64,000 bases of DNA from Opitutia bacterium (lineage in GTDB: Bacteria; Verrucomicrobiota; Verrucomicrobiia; Opitutales; Opitutaceae), in NCBI GenBank assembly GCA_947478395.1, contig CANJVR010000006.1:65007-129006 (forward strand), given 5' to 3'. Both the position numbers and the translations under genes were made by a program. The notes beneath the pieces were generated by a model, which did no database searches, was not told the origin of the DNA, and worked only from the letters and a program-made list of their open reading frames with translations. Within the stretch, counting starts at the first letter, position 1, and each line of letters opens with the position of its first letter. This document shows, one piece after another, positions 51,594 to 61,591 of the stretch.

Positions 51594-54053
51594 TCACGTC
51601 TCACTGACCCACAGCGAACAACTCAAGGCCGCGATAAACAGGTCGGCACCGACCGGCGAATGCGCGCCGTGGCCGGCGGCGTTGTAGAAGCGCTCGTGGT
51701 CCGCCAGTTGGCGCCATGGCCCGGACGCAGCCCATTCCTCGCCCAACGGAACGGTGGTGTCACCGACGGTCGGATTCACGGCGAACAGCAATCGCGCCGT
51801 GCCGATCGAACGATCGGCGTTGTAGACTACGGCGCCCGCCGGCGAATCCCCGGCGGTGAAGAACTTGAAGAATCCTTCGCCGGGTCGCTGGAAGTGGCGG
51901 ATCAAGCGCCCGAGTTCGCCGCGCCGAAACGCGATCCAGTCGGCGAAATAGGCGTGCGTCCCGAGGTAACGGTAGAGCTGGCGGTAATCCAGCGCGTTGA
52001 GATTACCGCGGAGGTAGGTGTTGCTCACGCCGTGCTTGGACCGAAGAAAATCCTGTCCCGCCGCCAACATCGGAATTCCTAGCGACATGAACAGCACCGC
52101 GGCCATCAGGTGCGTGCGCCGCCGGTCGTTCGCCGTCGGGGCGAAACCGTCGTACCCCGGATTCTCCGTGATCATATCGAGCCAGGTCCGATCGTCGTGC
52201 GACTCCGTGTAGTTCACGGTCTGCGCGGGCCATTTCGCGAAATACCACGGTGAACCGCGCAGATAATATTCCAAGCGGCCGGCCGACTCTTTGCCTTGGA
52301 CATACGCGCGCAGAAAATCCCGGTAGCCGTCGTTCCAAGACGCCCAGCCCGTATCCCGCAGCGCACCCGCGATGTGGCCGCGGAAACTCCAGGGTTCGGC
52401 GATCAGAATGACGTCGGGCTTCACGCGCTTGAGCGCGGTCTCGATATCCCGCAGCACCTCGACTCCGATCAGCTCGGCGAGATCGAAGCGGAAACCATCG
52501 ACACCGTAGGCCTCGATGAGGTGGATGCAGCTGTCGATGATCAGCCGCTTCGCCATGGTGGAACGGGCGCGGAGGTCGTTGCCGCAACCGCTCCAGTTAG
52601 CGAGATTGCCCGCCGCATCCTGCTCGAAGTAATAGAGCCGGTCGATGAACAGCAGATGCGCTGGCTCGCCGACGTGGTTGTAAACCACATCGAGCAACAC
52701 CGCCATGCCCCGCCGGTGAAAAGCGCGAACGAGTTCTTGCAGTTCGCGCACGCCGGAAGCCTCCCGGGGGGCGAGCGCGTAGCTGCTGTCCGGCGCAAAA
52801 TAATTATTCGTCATGTAGCCCCAGTGGTACTGCTCGGGCGCGATGTTATCGAATTCCTGCACGGGCTGCAGCTCGACGCAGTTCGCCCCGAGGTAGTGCA
52901 GATAAAACTCCGGACTCTCGACCCACTTGCGCAGACCGGTAAAGCCCAGCCGCTCGGCGGGCGTTGCTTTGACGGGTGCGTTCGCCGCGAGATCACGCAC
53001 ATGCGCCTCAACGATGATCAAATCCTGCCAGGCGGGCGTCCGGAAACTCCGATCGCCCTCCCCCACCCACGCGCGATCGAGCACGATGCCCGGGCCGAGC
53101 CGGTCAACCGCTGCGAGCGCATAGGGGTCGAGCACGCGCATCCCGGGATCGAAACGGCCCGCGCCCTCCCTCACGCCATCAAGGATGTACCAATAAAACC
53201 AGCCATGGAGATTTTGACCCATCGCGACTTCCCACACTCCCGTCACGCCCTCGGGTCCGGCGCGCCGCGCCAGTTCGAAATTCTGCGCTTGGGCCTGCGC
53301 GGCGAGGTCCTGGCAGAAAAAAAGTGTAACGCGGCGGGCACGCGGCGCGAAAAGCCGGAAGACCGTCTCATCTCCGCGCACCAAGGCACCGAGCGGAAGG
53401 TCCGTCCCGAGCTCGAAGAAAAAATTCCCCGGGGTAATCGGGACGCTTTCAGCATCGGCCTTGTGCGCCCAGGTCACGGCCCACGCCTCGGAAAGATCGT
53501 GGGGTTGCGCGAGAGTGAATCGCCAGAGATGGCGTCCGGTGCGATTGGGATCGATCACCTGGTTGAGGTTACCACCTTCGTCGCGCAGGACGTTCGGCGC
53601 GTCGGCCGGCAGCGCCAGCCACCGATGTTCGCCCGTCACAAATTTGAAACGTTGGCCGGGAGGATGCAGAAACGGCGCGGCATCGCCCGACCACAGCAGC
53701 ACGCGTTCACCGCCAAGTTCACCCGGGCGCAACTGCCATTCCGGCCGGCCCACGGCTGCCTGCCAGCCGTTGAAATCTCCCGCGAGATAGATAGTGGTGC
53801 GATCCGGATCGATGTCCGTGCCGTGTTCCGGCGTCAGCGCGAAGACGATCCGTCCCGTCGCATCGACAAAATATCGATGCGAGATCGCAGCCATCAACCC
53901 CGTGTCGGCCGCGAGTCCGCCGAGCGTTGGACATTGCGCGCCGAATGAGAATCGCGGCGGGCGCGGGGCGGACCAGTCGCGATCCAGTTCAACCACGCCA
54001 GTCGTCAGGGATTCAAGCCAGGCACGAACAATACGATGCGCGGTATCAGACAT
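51594..54053 (-). CDS. GH13 pullulanase/debranching-like glycoside hydrolase with N-terminal CBM-like modules
   Basis: YLAGDFNGW, HWGY, DVVYNH, DGFRFDLA, IAEPW, YTESHDD motifs (catalytic D/E/D). Confidence 0.88.
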   Translation of the reverse strand: MSDTAHRIVRAWLESLTTGVVELDRDWSAPRPPRFSFGAQCPTLGGLAADTGLMAAISHRYFVDATGRIVFALTPEHGTDIDPDRTTIYLAGDFNGWQAAVGRPEWQLRPGELGGERVLLWSGDAAPFLHPPGQRFKFVTGEHRWLALPADAPNVLRDEGGNLNQVIDPNRTGRHLWRFTLAQPHDLSEAWAVTWAHKADAESVPITPGNFFFELGTDLPLGALVRGDETVFRLFAPRARRVTLFFCQDLAAQAQAQNFELARRAGPEGVTGVWEVAMGQNLHGWFYWYILDGVREGAGRFDPGMRVLDPYALAAVDRLGPGIVLDRAWVGEGDRSFRTPAWQDLIIVEAHVRDLAANAPVKATPAERLGFTGLRKWVESPEFYLHYLGANCVELQPVQEFDNIAPEQYHWGYMTNNYFAPDSSYALAPREASGVRELQELVRAFHRRGMAVLLDVVYNHVGEPAHLLFIDRLYYFEQDAAGNLANWSGCGNDLRARSTMAKRLIIDSCIHLIEAYGVDGFRFDLAELIGVEVLRDIETALKRVKPDVILIAEPWSFRGHIAGALRDTGWASWNDGYRDFLRAYVQGKESAGRLEYYLRGSPWYFAKWPAQTVNYTESHDDRTWLDMITENPGYDGFAPTANDRRRTHLMAAVLFMSLGIPMLAAGQDFLRSKHGVSNTYLRGNLNALDYRQLYRYLGTHAYFADWIAFRRGELGRLIRHFQRPGEGFFKFFTAGDSPAGAVVYNADRSIGTARLLFAVNPTVGDTTVPLGEEWAASGPWRQLADHERFYNAAGHGAHSPVGADLFIAALSCSLWVSET

Positions 54054-54162
54054 GCGGAATAAAAAGCATTTGCCGCGCCTAAACGCGCACAAGCGGAATC
54101 AATCGCGAGCGGCGGCGACGGACGTTTGACAAAGGCCGCGCGGATCGCGTCGTTGGTTTGCC

Positions 54163-55245
54163 TTGCCCGTCCGCGAAAAAATCCTGGTCGCCCTCTCCGG
54201 CGGAGTCGACAGCTCCGTCGCCGCCCTGCTGCTCAAACAACAGGGACACGAGCTCGTCGGCGCCTACATGAAAAACTGGATCAACGAGGATAACGTGATC
54301 GGCCATTGCCCATGGCAGCAGGACATCGAGGACGCGCGCCGCGTCGCGGAACAGATCGGCATCGAATTTCGCGTGGTCAACCTCATGCAGGAATATCGCG
54401 AACGCATCGTCCAATATCTCCTGGACGGCTACGCGCGCGGCCTCACGCCCAACCCCGACGTGATGTGCAATCGCGAGATCAAATTCGGCGTCCTTCGCGC
54501 GTGGGCGCGGGACCATGGCTTCACCGCGGTGGCAACCGGTCACTATGCGCGCCGCGAGCTGCGCAGCGACGGTACGTATGCGCTCTTCGAGGGCGCGGAC
54601 AAAAACAAAGACCAGTCCTACTTTCTCGCGTTGCTCGACCAGAGTCAGCTGCGAGATGCGCGTTTTCCCGTTGGCCATCTGCCAAAGCCAGAACTACGTC
54701 GCCTCGCGCGCGAAGCCGGCTTGGTCACCGCCGACAAGAAGGACAGCCAGGGGATTTGCTTCATCGGCGAAGTTAAGATGAGCGATTTTCTTCGCGCGTA
54801 CGTCCCCGATGCGCCGGGGCCAATTATTCGCGCGGGCGACGGGCGCGAGATCGGCCAGCACCATGGGCTGCATTACTACACGCTCGGCCAGCGCAAGGGC
54901 ATCGGCGTGCCGTCCAACACCGACGGCGAAGCGTATGTCGTGGTCGGGAAACGAGCGGACGATCGCGCGCTGCTCGTCGCCTTCGATCATCCTAATGCGC
55001 CCGGACTTTTTCAACGCGAGGTCCGCGTGCACTCGCTGAGTTGGATCGGTGAATCCATGGCTGCCACGGAGGATTTGACCGGACGCGTGCGATATCGCGA
55101 CCCACGTGTGTCTCTCACTTTTGTGCCCGAGGCCGGAAACACGGGCCACGTGGTTTTTTCCGAGCCGCAGCGCGCGCTCGCCAGCGGACAGATTCTCGCC
55201 CTCTACGAGGGACAACGGCTGGTCGGAGGCGGGGTCTACGTCTGA
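54163..55245 (+). CDS. mnmA: tRNA 2-thiouridylase
   Basis: [32 protein letters not shown] motifs. Confidence 0.97.
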   Translation: MPVREKILVALSGGVDSSVAALLLKQQGHELVGAYMKNWINEDNVIGHCPWQQDIEDARRVAEQIGIEFRVVNLMQEYRERIVQYLLDGYARGLTPNPDVMCNREIKFGVLRAWARDHGFTAVATGHYARRELRSDGTYALFEGADKNKDQSYFLALLDQSQLRDARFPVGHLPKPELRRLAREAGLVTADKKDSQGICFIGEVKMSDFLRAYVPDAPGPIIRAGDGREIGQHHGLHYYTLGQRKGIGVPSNTDGEAYVVVGKRADDRALLVAFDHPNAPGLFQREVRVHSLSWIGESMAATEDLTGRVRYRDPRVSLTFVPEAGNTGHVVFSEPQRALASGQILALYEGQRLVGGGVYV

Positions 55246-55413
55246 AAAACCCCGCGCCGAAATGATCGCCGTTCGATCGTCGGCCGTCTCAAGATTCCTC
55301 GATCTTCGCCCGAGTTTGCCCCAAAGCACCGCCCCCAGCCGGGGGCTGGCGTTCACTCAGGCGAGAGCGCTGTTCCCCGGGGCTTTGCCGGGGGTGGAGA
55401 CGGGAGAACCGAT

Positions 55414-56601
<1,188 letters not shown>

Positions 56602-56651
56602 TTAGATTTAAACCGCGTCATAAAAGGTGGTCCAGCTCGCCTCACTTGCCG

Positions 56652-57041
56652 ATGCAAGTTCCATTCGTTTCCATTAACTCAGCCGCCTCTAACTTGCTGC
56701 TTACACTTCGACGCCTCGGCATCGAGCGCGTTCTCTTTCGTATTCTGGGTCGCGGCCGCGCACTGCGCCACACCGCGTTGGTCACGGAGCCGGCGTGCGA
56801 CTCGGCCGCTTGGTCGGTGTCGGTGATTGAACTATTTTGGGCCTACTCGATCACGCCCCGCCAAGGCAGCTACGAACTCACGGTTGGCGACGGCTGCCTC
56901 GCTTACACGCCGCCCACGGTGGCAGTGATGACACAGCGCTCGGGCTACTCCGTCTTAAAAAAACGCCGCCGCAAACTGAAGGCCCGGCCGGGCCGCGCGA
57001 GTCCAGCGCTTGCGGTCGCGCCCAACCAGTTCGCCCTGTAG
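56652..57041 (+). CDS. Possible hypothetical protein
   Basis: The best ORF filling the obg-ftsZ gap. No recognised motif. Confidence 0.35.
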   Translation: MQVPFVSINSAASNLLLTLRRLGIERVLFRILGRGRALRHTALVTEPACDSAAWSVSVIELFWAYSITPRQGSYELTVGDGCLAYTPPTVAVMTQRSGYSVLKKRRRKLKARPGRASPALAVAPNQFAL

Positions 57042-57158
57042 CGGGCTGACCGATGCGTGGGGGCCTCACCCCGCCCAATGTTGTCCGGCGTCGCAGCAGC
57101 GAATACAGCGCTTTCGGTCCTAGGTTCGGAATAACAAATAATACACCTTTCGCCCCCG

Positions 57159-58430
57159 TCAGATCGAAATCTTGATCCCTTTCCGCAGGTAAGTCGGAAC
57201 GTCGAGATCCTGTCCGTCGAAAAGGTTGCGATCGGTCTTCTCGAAGTGTCCACGGCTTTCCACTTCGCCGAACCCAAATTCGTCCTGATCGGCCGTTGGC
57301 AGTACCGGCGTCACCGGGCTTTTCTTGGCTTCGAGCTCCGGAGCGAACAAACCGGATTCCGCCGACGGCGCTGCCGCCGGAGTTTCGGGACGGTTCGCCG
57401 ACTGCCGTCCTCGCGCCGATGTGACCGTGCGGCGCGGACCGAGTCCGCGACCGCCCATATCGCTCGTGCCGAGCACACAGATCTCAACGCAACCTTGGCG
57501 GGCTTCGTCGATCACTGCGCCCATGATGATGTGGGAATCGCGGCCAAACTGTTCGGCGACCGCCGTCATGATCTCATTGACCTTCGGTAGCGTGAGGTCC
57601 GTCCCGCCGACGATGTTTACCAACAAGCGGTCCGCCTTGCGCGAGAATTCCGGGGTATGCAGCAGCGGGCAAAGCTTGAGGCTCTCGATGGCCTCGGCCG
57701 AAGCATCGGGTCCTTTGCCTTCGCCAAGACCGAAGAGCGTTTTTCCACCGCGCTGCTGAAACGCCTGTCGCAATGTCGCGAAGTCGAGGTTGATCAACCC
57801 GGTCTTCGACAGCATCGCCCAGATCGATTTCACGCCGCGGGCAATCCATTCGTCGGCCCGGGCAAACGAATCGAGCACGGTTTCGTTTTCTCCCGCCTCC
57901 TGCAGCAGAATGTCGTTGGGCAGCGGAATAACAGCATCGCACACCTTCCGCAGCGCCTGCAGGCCTTCCTCGGCCTGCTTCAGGCGGCGGCCGCCCTCAA
58001 AGCTGAACGGCATGGTCACAAACGCGATCACCAGCGCGCCACTTTCTCCCGCGATTTCCGCTACGGTCGGAGCCGCCCCGCTGCCCGTGCCGCCGCCCAT
58101 GCCAGCCAGCAGGAACACGAGATCACAGTCCTTCACGACCTTGGAAATTTTTTCACGATCCGCCTCCGCCGCCTCGCGTCCAAGTTCGGGATCGCCACCG
58201 GCGCCGAGCCCGCGCGTGACCCCCATCCCGATGAGTACCTTGTCCTGCACCGGCGAACTCGCGAGCGCCTGATGGTCCGTGTTAATGACCGCGAGCTGAA
58301 GGCGCTCGAGGTTCTCCATTTTCAGCCGGTCGACGGCATTCGCACCCGCACCGCCGACGCCGACCAATTTGATGGAGACGTTGCGCTCCGCGAGTGCCTG
58401 CTGTTCGAGAGGAAGTTCGTTTAGGTCCAT
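57159..58430 (-). CDS. ftsZ: Cell division protein FtsZ (divergent)
   Basis: GLGAGG, GMGGGTGSG, PFSFEG motifs and the C-terminal DLDVPTYLRK peptide. Confidence 0.95.
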   Translation of the reverse strand: MDLNELPLEQQALAERNVSIKLVGVGGAGANAVDRLKMENLERLQLAVINTDHQALASSPVQDKVLIGMGVTRGLGAGGDPELGREAAEADREKISKVVKDCDLVFLLAGMGGGTGSGAAPTVAEIAGESGALVIAFVTMPFSFEGGRRLKQAEEGLQALRKVCDAVIPLPNDILLQEAGENETVLDSFARADEWIARGVKSIWAMLSKTGLINLDFATLRQAFQQRGGKTLFGLGEGKGPDASAEAIESLKLCPLLHTPEFSRKADRLLVNIVGGTDLTLPKVNEIMTAVAEQFGRDSHIIMGAVIDEARQGCVEICVLGTSDMGGRGLGPRRTVTSARGRQSANRPETPAAAPSAESGLFAPELEAKKSPVTPVLPTADQDEFGFGEVESRGHFEKTDRNLFDGQDLDVPTYLRKGIKISI

Positions 58431-58440
58431 GGTGGCGGGC

Positions 58441-59655
58441 TCAGGACGTGGCAAAGAGACGTGAAACACTCTGGAAAAAACCGCCCTTCCGGCGTGCAGT
58501 CGTGGCCCGGTCGGCCGACGCGCTCACACCGTAATAGAGCAAACCGAGCGCCGTGTGATAACCAGGCTCGCGCAGATTTTCCGCCACCCACGAGGGCGCT
58601 TCGCCAAGATGTGCGTTCACGCCAAACACTTTCGCGGCGCAATCGGCGACGCACGGCAGCTTGGCCGTACCGCCGGTCAGCACGACTCCGGCCTGACAGG
58701 TTTCGGGCGAAAACGCATGGCCGAGCTTCTTCTTCACGACTTCAAGCAGTTCCCACGTGCGAGCGGACGTGATTTGTTCGATCGCGTAGCGCGAGAATTG
58801 CCGGTCGCCGATCGCGAAATTGCCATCGAGCCACACCTTTTCCGTCTTGTCGCGCGCCTGTAGCAGCGCTCGGCCGTGACGCAGCTTGAGTTTTTCGGCC
58901 TGCCCCTCAGTCAAACGCAGACCGATGCTGAGGTCGTTGGTCAAATGAGTCCCGCCGACCGGCACGACGCCGGTCGTGTGCGGCACACCATCGCGGTAGA
59001 GCACGAAATCAGTCGTGCCCGCGCCAATATCGATCGCGAGCACGCCATTCTGCCGCTCTTCAGGCGTCGTCACCATGTGGCCAGACGCCAGGCTCGCGAG
59101 CACGAGTTCGCGCACCTCAAGATTGAAGCCACGAATCACGTGGATGTTGTCCGCCAGACGCGGCTCCTGACCGTGCACCGTCCAATAGCCGACCTCCAGT
59201 TTTTGCCCCACCAGGTTTTCGGGCGAAGTCGGAACGAGGCGTCCATCGACGCGAAAAGGGCGGCGGATGTGATGCACGACCATTCGGCCGGCGGGGAGTT
59301 CTTTCCCCTTCGCCAGATCGCAGACCGTGCGGATATCGTCGCCGTCGATCATGTTGTCGGCCGACTTCACGTTCACGCCGGCCTCATTGTAGAAACCGTC
59401 AAGGTGTCCGCCGCTTTGCGCCAGAAAAACGAGGTCGATACGTTCGCCGGCATCGCGCTCCGCTTGTTCGAGCGCGCTGTGCGCGCAGTCGCTGGCGGCC
59501 TTGTAATCGACGACACTCCCTTTGATGACGCCACGGGAGGAACACTCGCCGCAACCGATGATCGCCAGTTCGCGACCATTATATTCGCCGACGAGGGCCG
59601 TGACTTTCGAGGTGCCGATTTCGACGGCGCCGATGAAGGTGGGACTAGAACTCAC
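58441..59655 (-). CDS. ftsA: Cell division protein FtsA
   Basis: EIGTSK, DIGAGTT, VGGTHLTNDL, VLTGG motifs. Confidence 0.93.
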   Translation of the reverse strand: MSSSPTFIGAVEIGTSKVTALVGEYNGRELAIIGCGECSSRGVIKGSVVDYKAASDCAHSALEQAERDAGERIDLVFLAQSGGHLDGFYNEAGVNVKSADNMIDGDDIRTVCDLAKGKELPAGRMVVHHIRRPFRVDGRLVPTSPENLVGQKLEVGYWTVHGQEPRLADNIHVIRGFNLEVRELVLASLASGHMVTTPEERQNGVLAIDIGAGTTDFVLYRDGVPHTTGVVPVGGTHLTNDLSIGLRLTEGQAEKLKLRHGRALLQARDKTEKVWLDGNFAIGDRQFSRYAIEQITSARTWELLEVVKKKLGHAFSPETCQAGVVLTGGTAKLPCVADCAAKVFGVNAHLGEAPSWVAENLREPGYHTALGLLYYGVSASADRATTARRKGGFFQSVSRLFATS

Positions 59656-60625
59656 GTTTGGTAGTGGTCGGGAAGGAAAGATTCGGGAAGGCGGGAAAAA
59701 CAGCCGGCTTGGCAGAGGTCGGAACTTGGGTGGCAAACTCGCCCTTGACCGGGGACGGCGCTGGGGGCGCGAGGACGACCGCGACCTGCACATGGTTGGT
59801 CAGATCGATCCGGCTTGGCACCTGCCCGGTACCCCGGCCGGCGTTGTCCAAAATCCAGTCGAGGCGCGCCAACTGGAGGAAAAAATCCTGATTGGTCGCA
59901 AAGCGCACCCGCAAGTCGTTTTTGGTTTGGACCTCGATCACGCCATCGCTTTCGAGGCGCGCCAAGGAAACCGCATGCCACGTCTGATAGAGATGTTCGG
60001 CCTCGAGTTTCGACTTCGTGAGCAAGTCCGAAACCATCGCCATACCGGCCACCGGCAGAACGTTTACATCTTTTAACCACGGCAACGCGTCGGTCATCGC
60101 GACATCGAAACCCACTCCGGCAAACGCCACGCCATCCCGCGCCACCAGCAAATCCTTCAGTCCACCTTCTGACTCGATCCGAACCCGTGCCACGGGAAAA
60201 CGTTCCTTCGTGCGAACGACCAAGGTCGAGGGATATTCAACCTCGACCGTGGCATGAATCACCTGACCGTGGGCGAGAATCCGATCCCGCAATTTTTTCA
60301 GGTCTAGACCCAGCAACGTCGCATTTTTTGGCAGCGCGAGCGCGCTGAGCACCCAGCTCCGATCGAGCGTACCGTCGGTGATGAGGCGAATGTCCTTCAC
60401 CATTTGTCCTTTGGCGACGACCGACGGATGCGAATTCTCCCGCACCGCCCTCACAACCTCCCATGCGCCCCACAGCACGAGAGCGGCGACCGATGACACC
60501 GCCATGATCCGGAAGATTCCGAGCACAAGTCGGCGACGCCCCTCCCGCGACATCGCGCGGGGTTTGACCGGCTGGGAAATATCCCGCCAGTTCCGGGAAG
60601 GTGGATGATTCAATGCAAAACTCAC
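59645..60625 (-). CDS. ftsQ: Cell division protein FtsQ/DivIB
   Basis: Single TM, POTRA-like region, KERFPVA, located between ddl and ftsA. Start uncertain. Confidence 0.82.
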   Translation of the reverse strand: MSFALNHPPSRNWRDISQPVKPRAMSREGRRRLVLGIFRIMAVSSVAALVLWGAWEVVRAVRENSHPSVVAKGQMVKDIRLITDGTLDRSWVLSALALPKNATLLGLDLKKLRDRILAHGQVIHATVEVEYPSTLVVRTKERFPVARVRIESEGGLKDLLVARDGVAFAGVGFDVAMTDALPWLKDVNVLPVAGMAMVSDLLTKSKLEAEHLYQTWHAVSLARLESDGVIEVQTKNDLRVRFATNQDFFLQLARLDWILDNAGRGTGQVPSRIDLTNHVQVAVVLAPPAPSPVKGEFATQVPTSAKPAVFPAFPNLSFPTTTKREF

Positions 60626-60630
60626 GATTT

Positions 60631-61557
60631 TCAGGCAGCGGCCGCCGTTTGAAAACGCTCCAGCGCGGGTAAAACCAATTCGCGAACCAAAGCCGTGAAA
60701 TCCATTCCCGCGCAGCGCGCACTCATCGGCAGCAAACTCGTCTCTTTCATGCCGGGGAGCGTATTGATTTCCAGCAAATAAAGTTCGTTTTTGTCTCCGA
60801 GGATAAAATCCACGCGCGCATAGTCGCGACAGCCGCACGCAGCGTACGCGGTCTCAGCGGCACGCAGCACACTCGCCGTCATGCCCGCATCCAACGGCGC
60901 CGGCGCGAAGTACGCGGTCGCTCCTTTCGTATACTTGCTCGCGTAGTCATATACGCCGGACTTCGGTCGGATTTCCACGACACCCATCGCCGTGCCCCGC
61001 AATATTCCGACGGAAAGCTCCCGTCCGCGGATACGCTGTTCCGCCAGCCAGTTTCCTTCCGTCAATTTCGCGAGCGCCGCCGCCAGATCGGCGGGGTTGT
61101 CTGTTAGCGTCAGGCCCACGCTGCTGCCCTGATCGTTCGGCTTCAACACCACCTGCTCCCCGAGTTGCCCCACAATCACATCGACCGTCGGTTTGTGCGC
61201 AGCGGGAAATACCAGCCCCTTGACCACCCGAACGCCGCACGCCGCGGCGGCCTGCTTTGTCCGGGTCTTGTCCATCGTGAACGCACTGCTCTCAGCGTCG
61301 CAACCGGCATACGTTACACCCGCCCCGTCCAGCAAACGCTGCATGCCGCCGTCTTCCCCGAATGTGCCGTGCAACGTGGAAAACACGACGTGCCGCAAAG
61401 GATCGAGTCCGGTCGGGAGGGCGTCGGCCGTCAGCTCAAACAATCGCGTGGAAAACGAACGCGCGAGCGCGAGCGCGCAGGCCCGGCCGGAGCCCAGCGA
61501 AACTTCCCGCTCGGCGGACGTCCCGCCACATAACACCGCAATAATGGGAGTATTCAT
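60631..61557 (-). CDS. ddl: D-alanine--D-alanine ligase
   Basis: GGTSAEREVS, HGTFGEDG, GSSVG, YDYASKY, EINTLPG motifs. Confidence 0.96.
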   Translation of the reverse strand: MNTPIIAVLCGGTSAEREVSLGSGRACALALARSFSTRLFELTADALPTGLDPLRHVVFSTLHGTFGEDGGMQRLLDGAGVTYAGCDAESSAFTMDKTRTKQAAAACGVRVVKGLVFPAAHKPTVDVIVGQLGEQVVLKPNDQGSSVGLTLTDNPADLAAALAKLTEGNWLAEQRIRGRELSVGILRGTAMGVVEIRPKSGVYDYASKYTKGATAYFAPAPLDAGMTASVLRAAETAYAACGCRDYARVDFILGDKNELYLLEINTLPGMKETSLLPMSARCAGMDFTALVRELVLPALERFQTAAAA

Positions 61558-61591
61558 ATGAAGTTTCGGTTCTCGATTTCACCTTTCAGAT

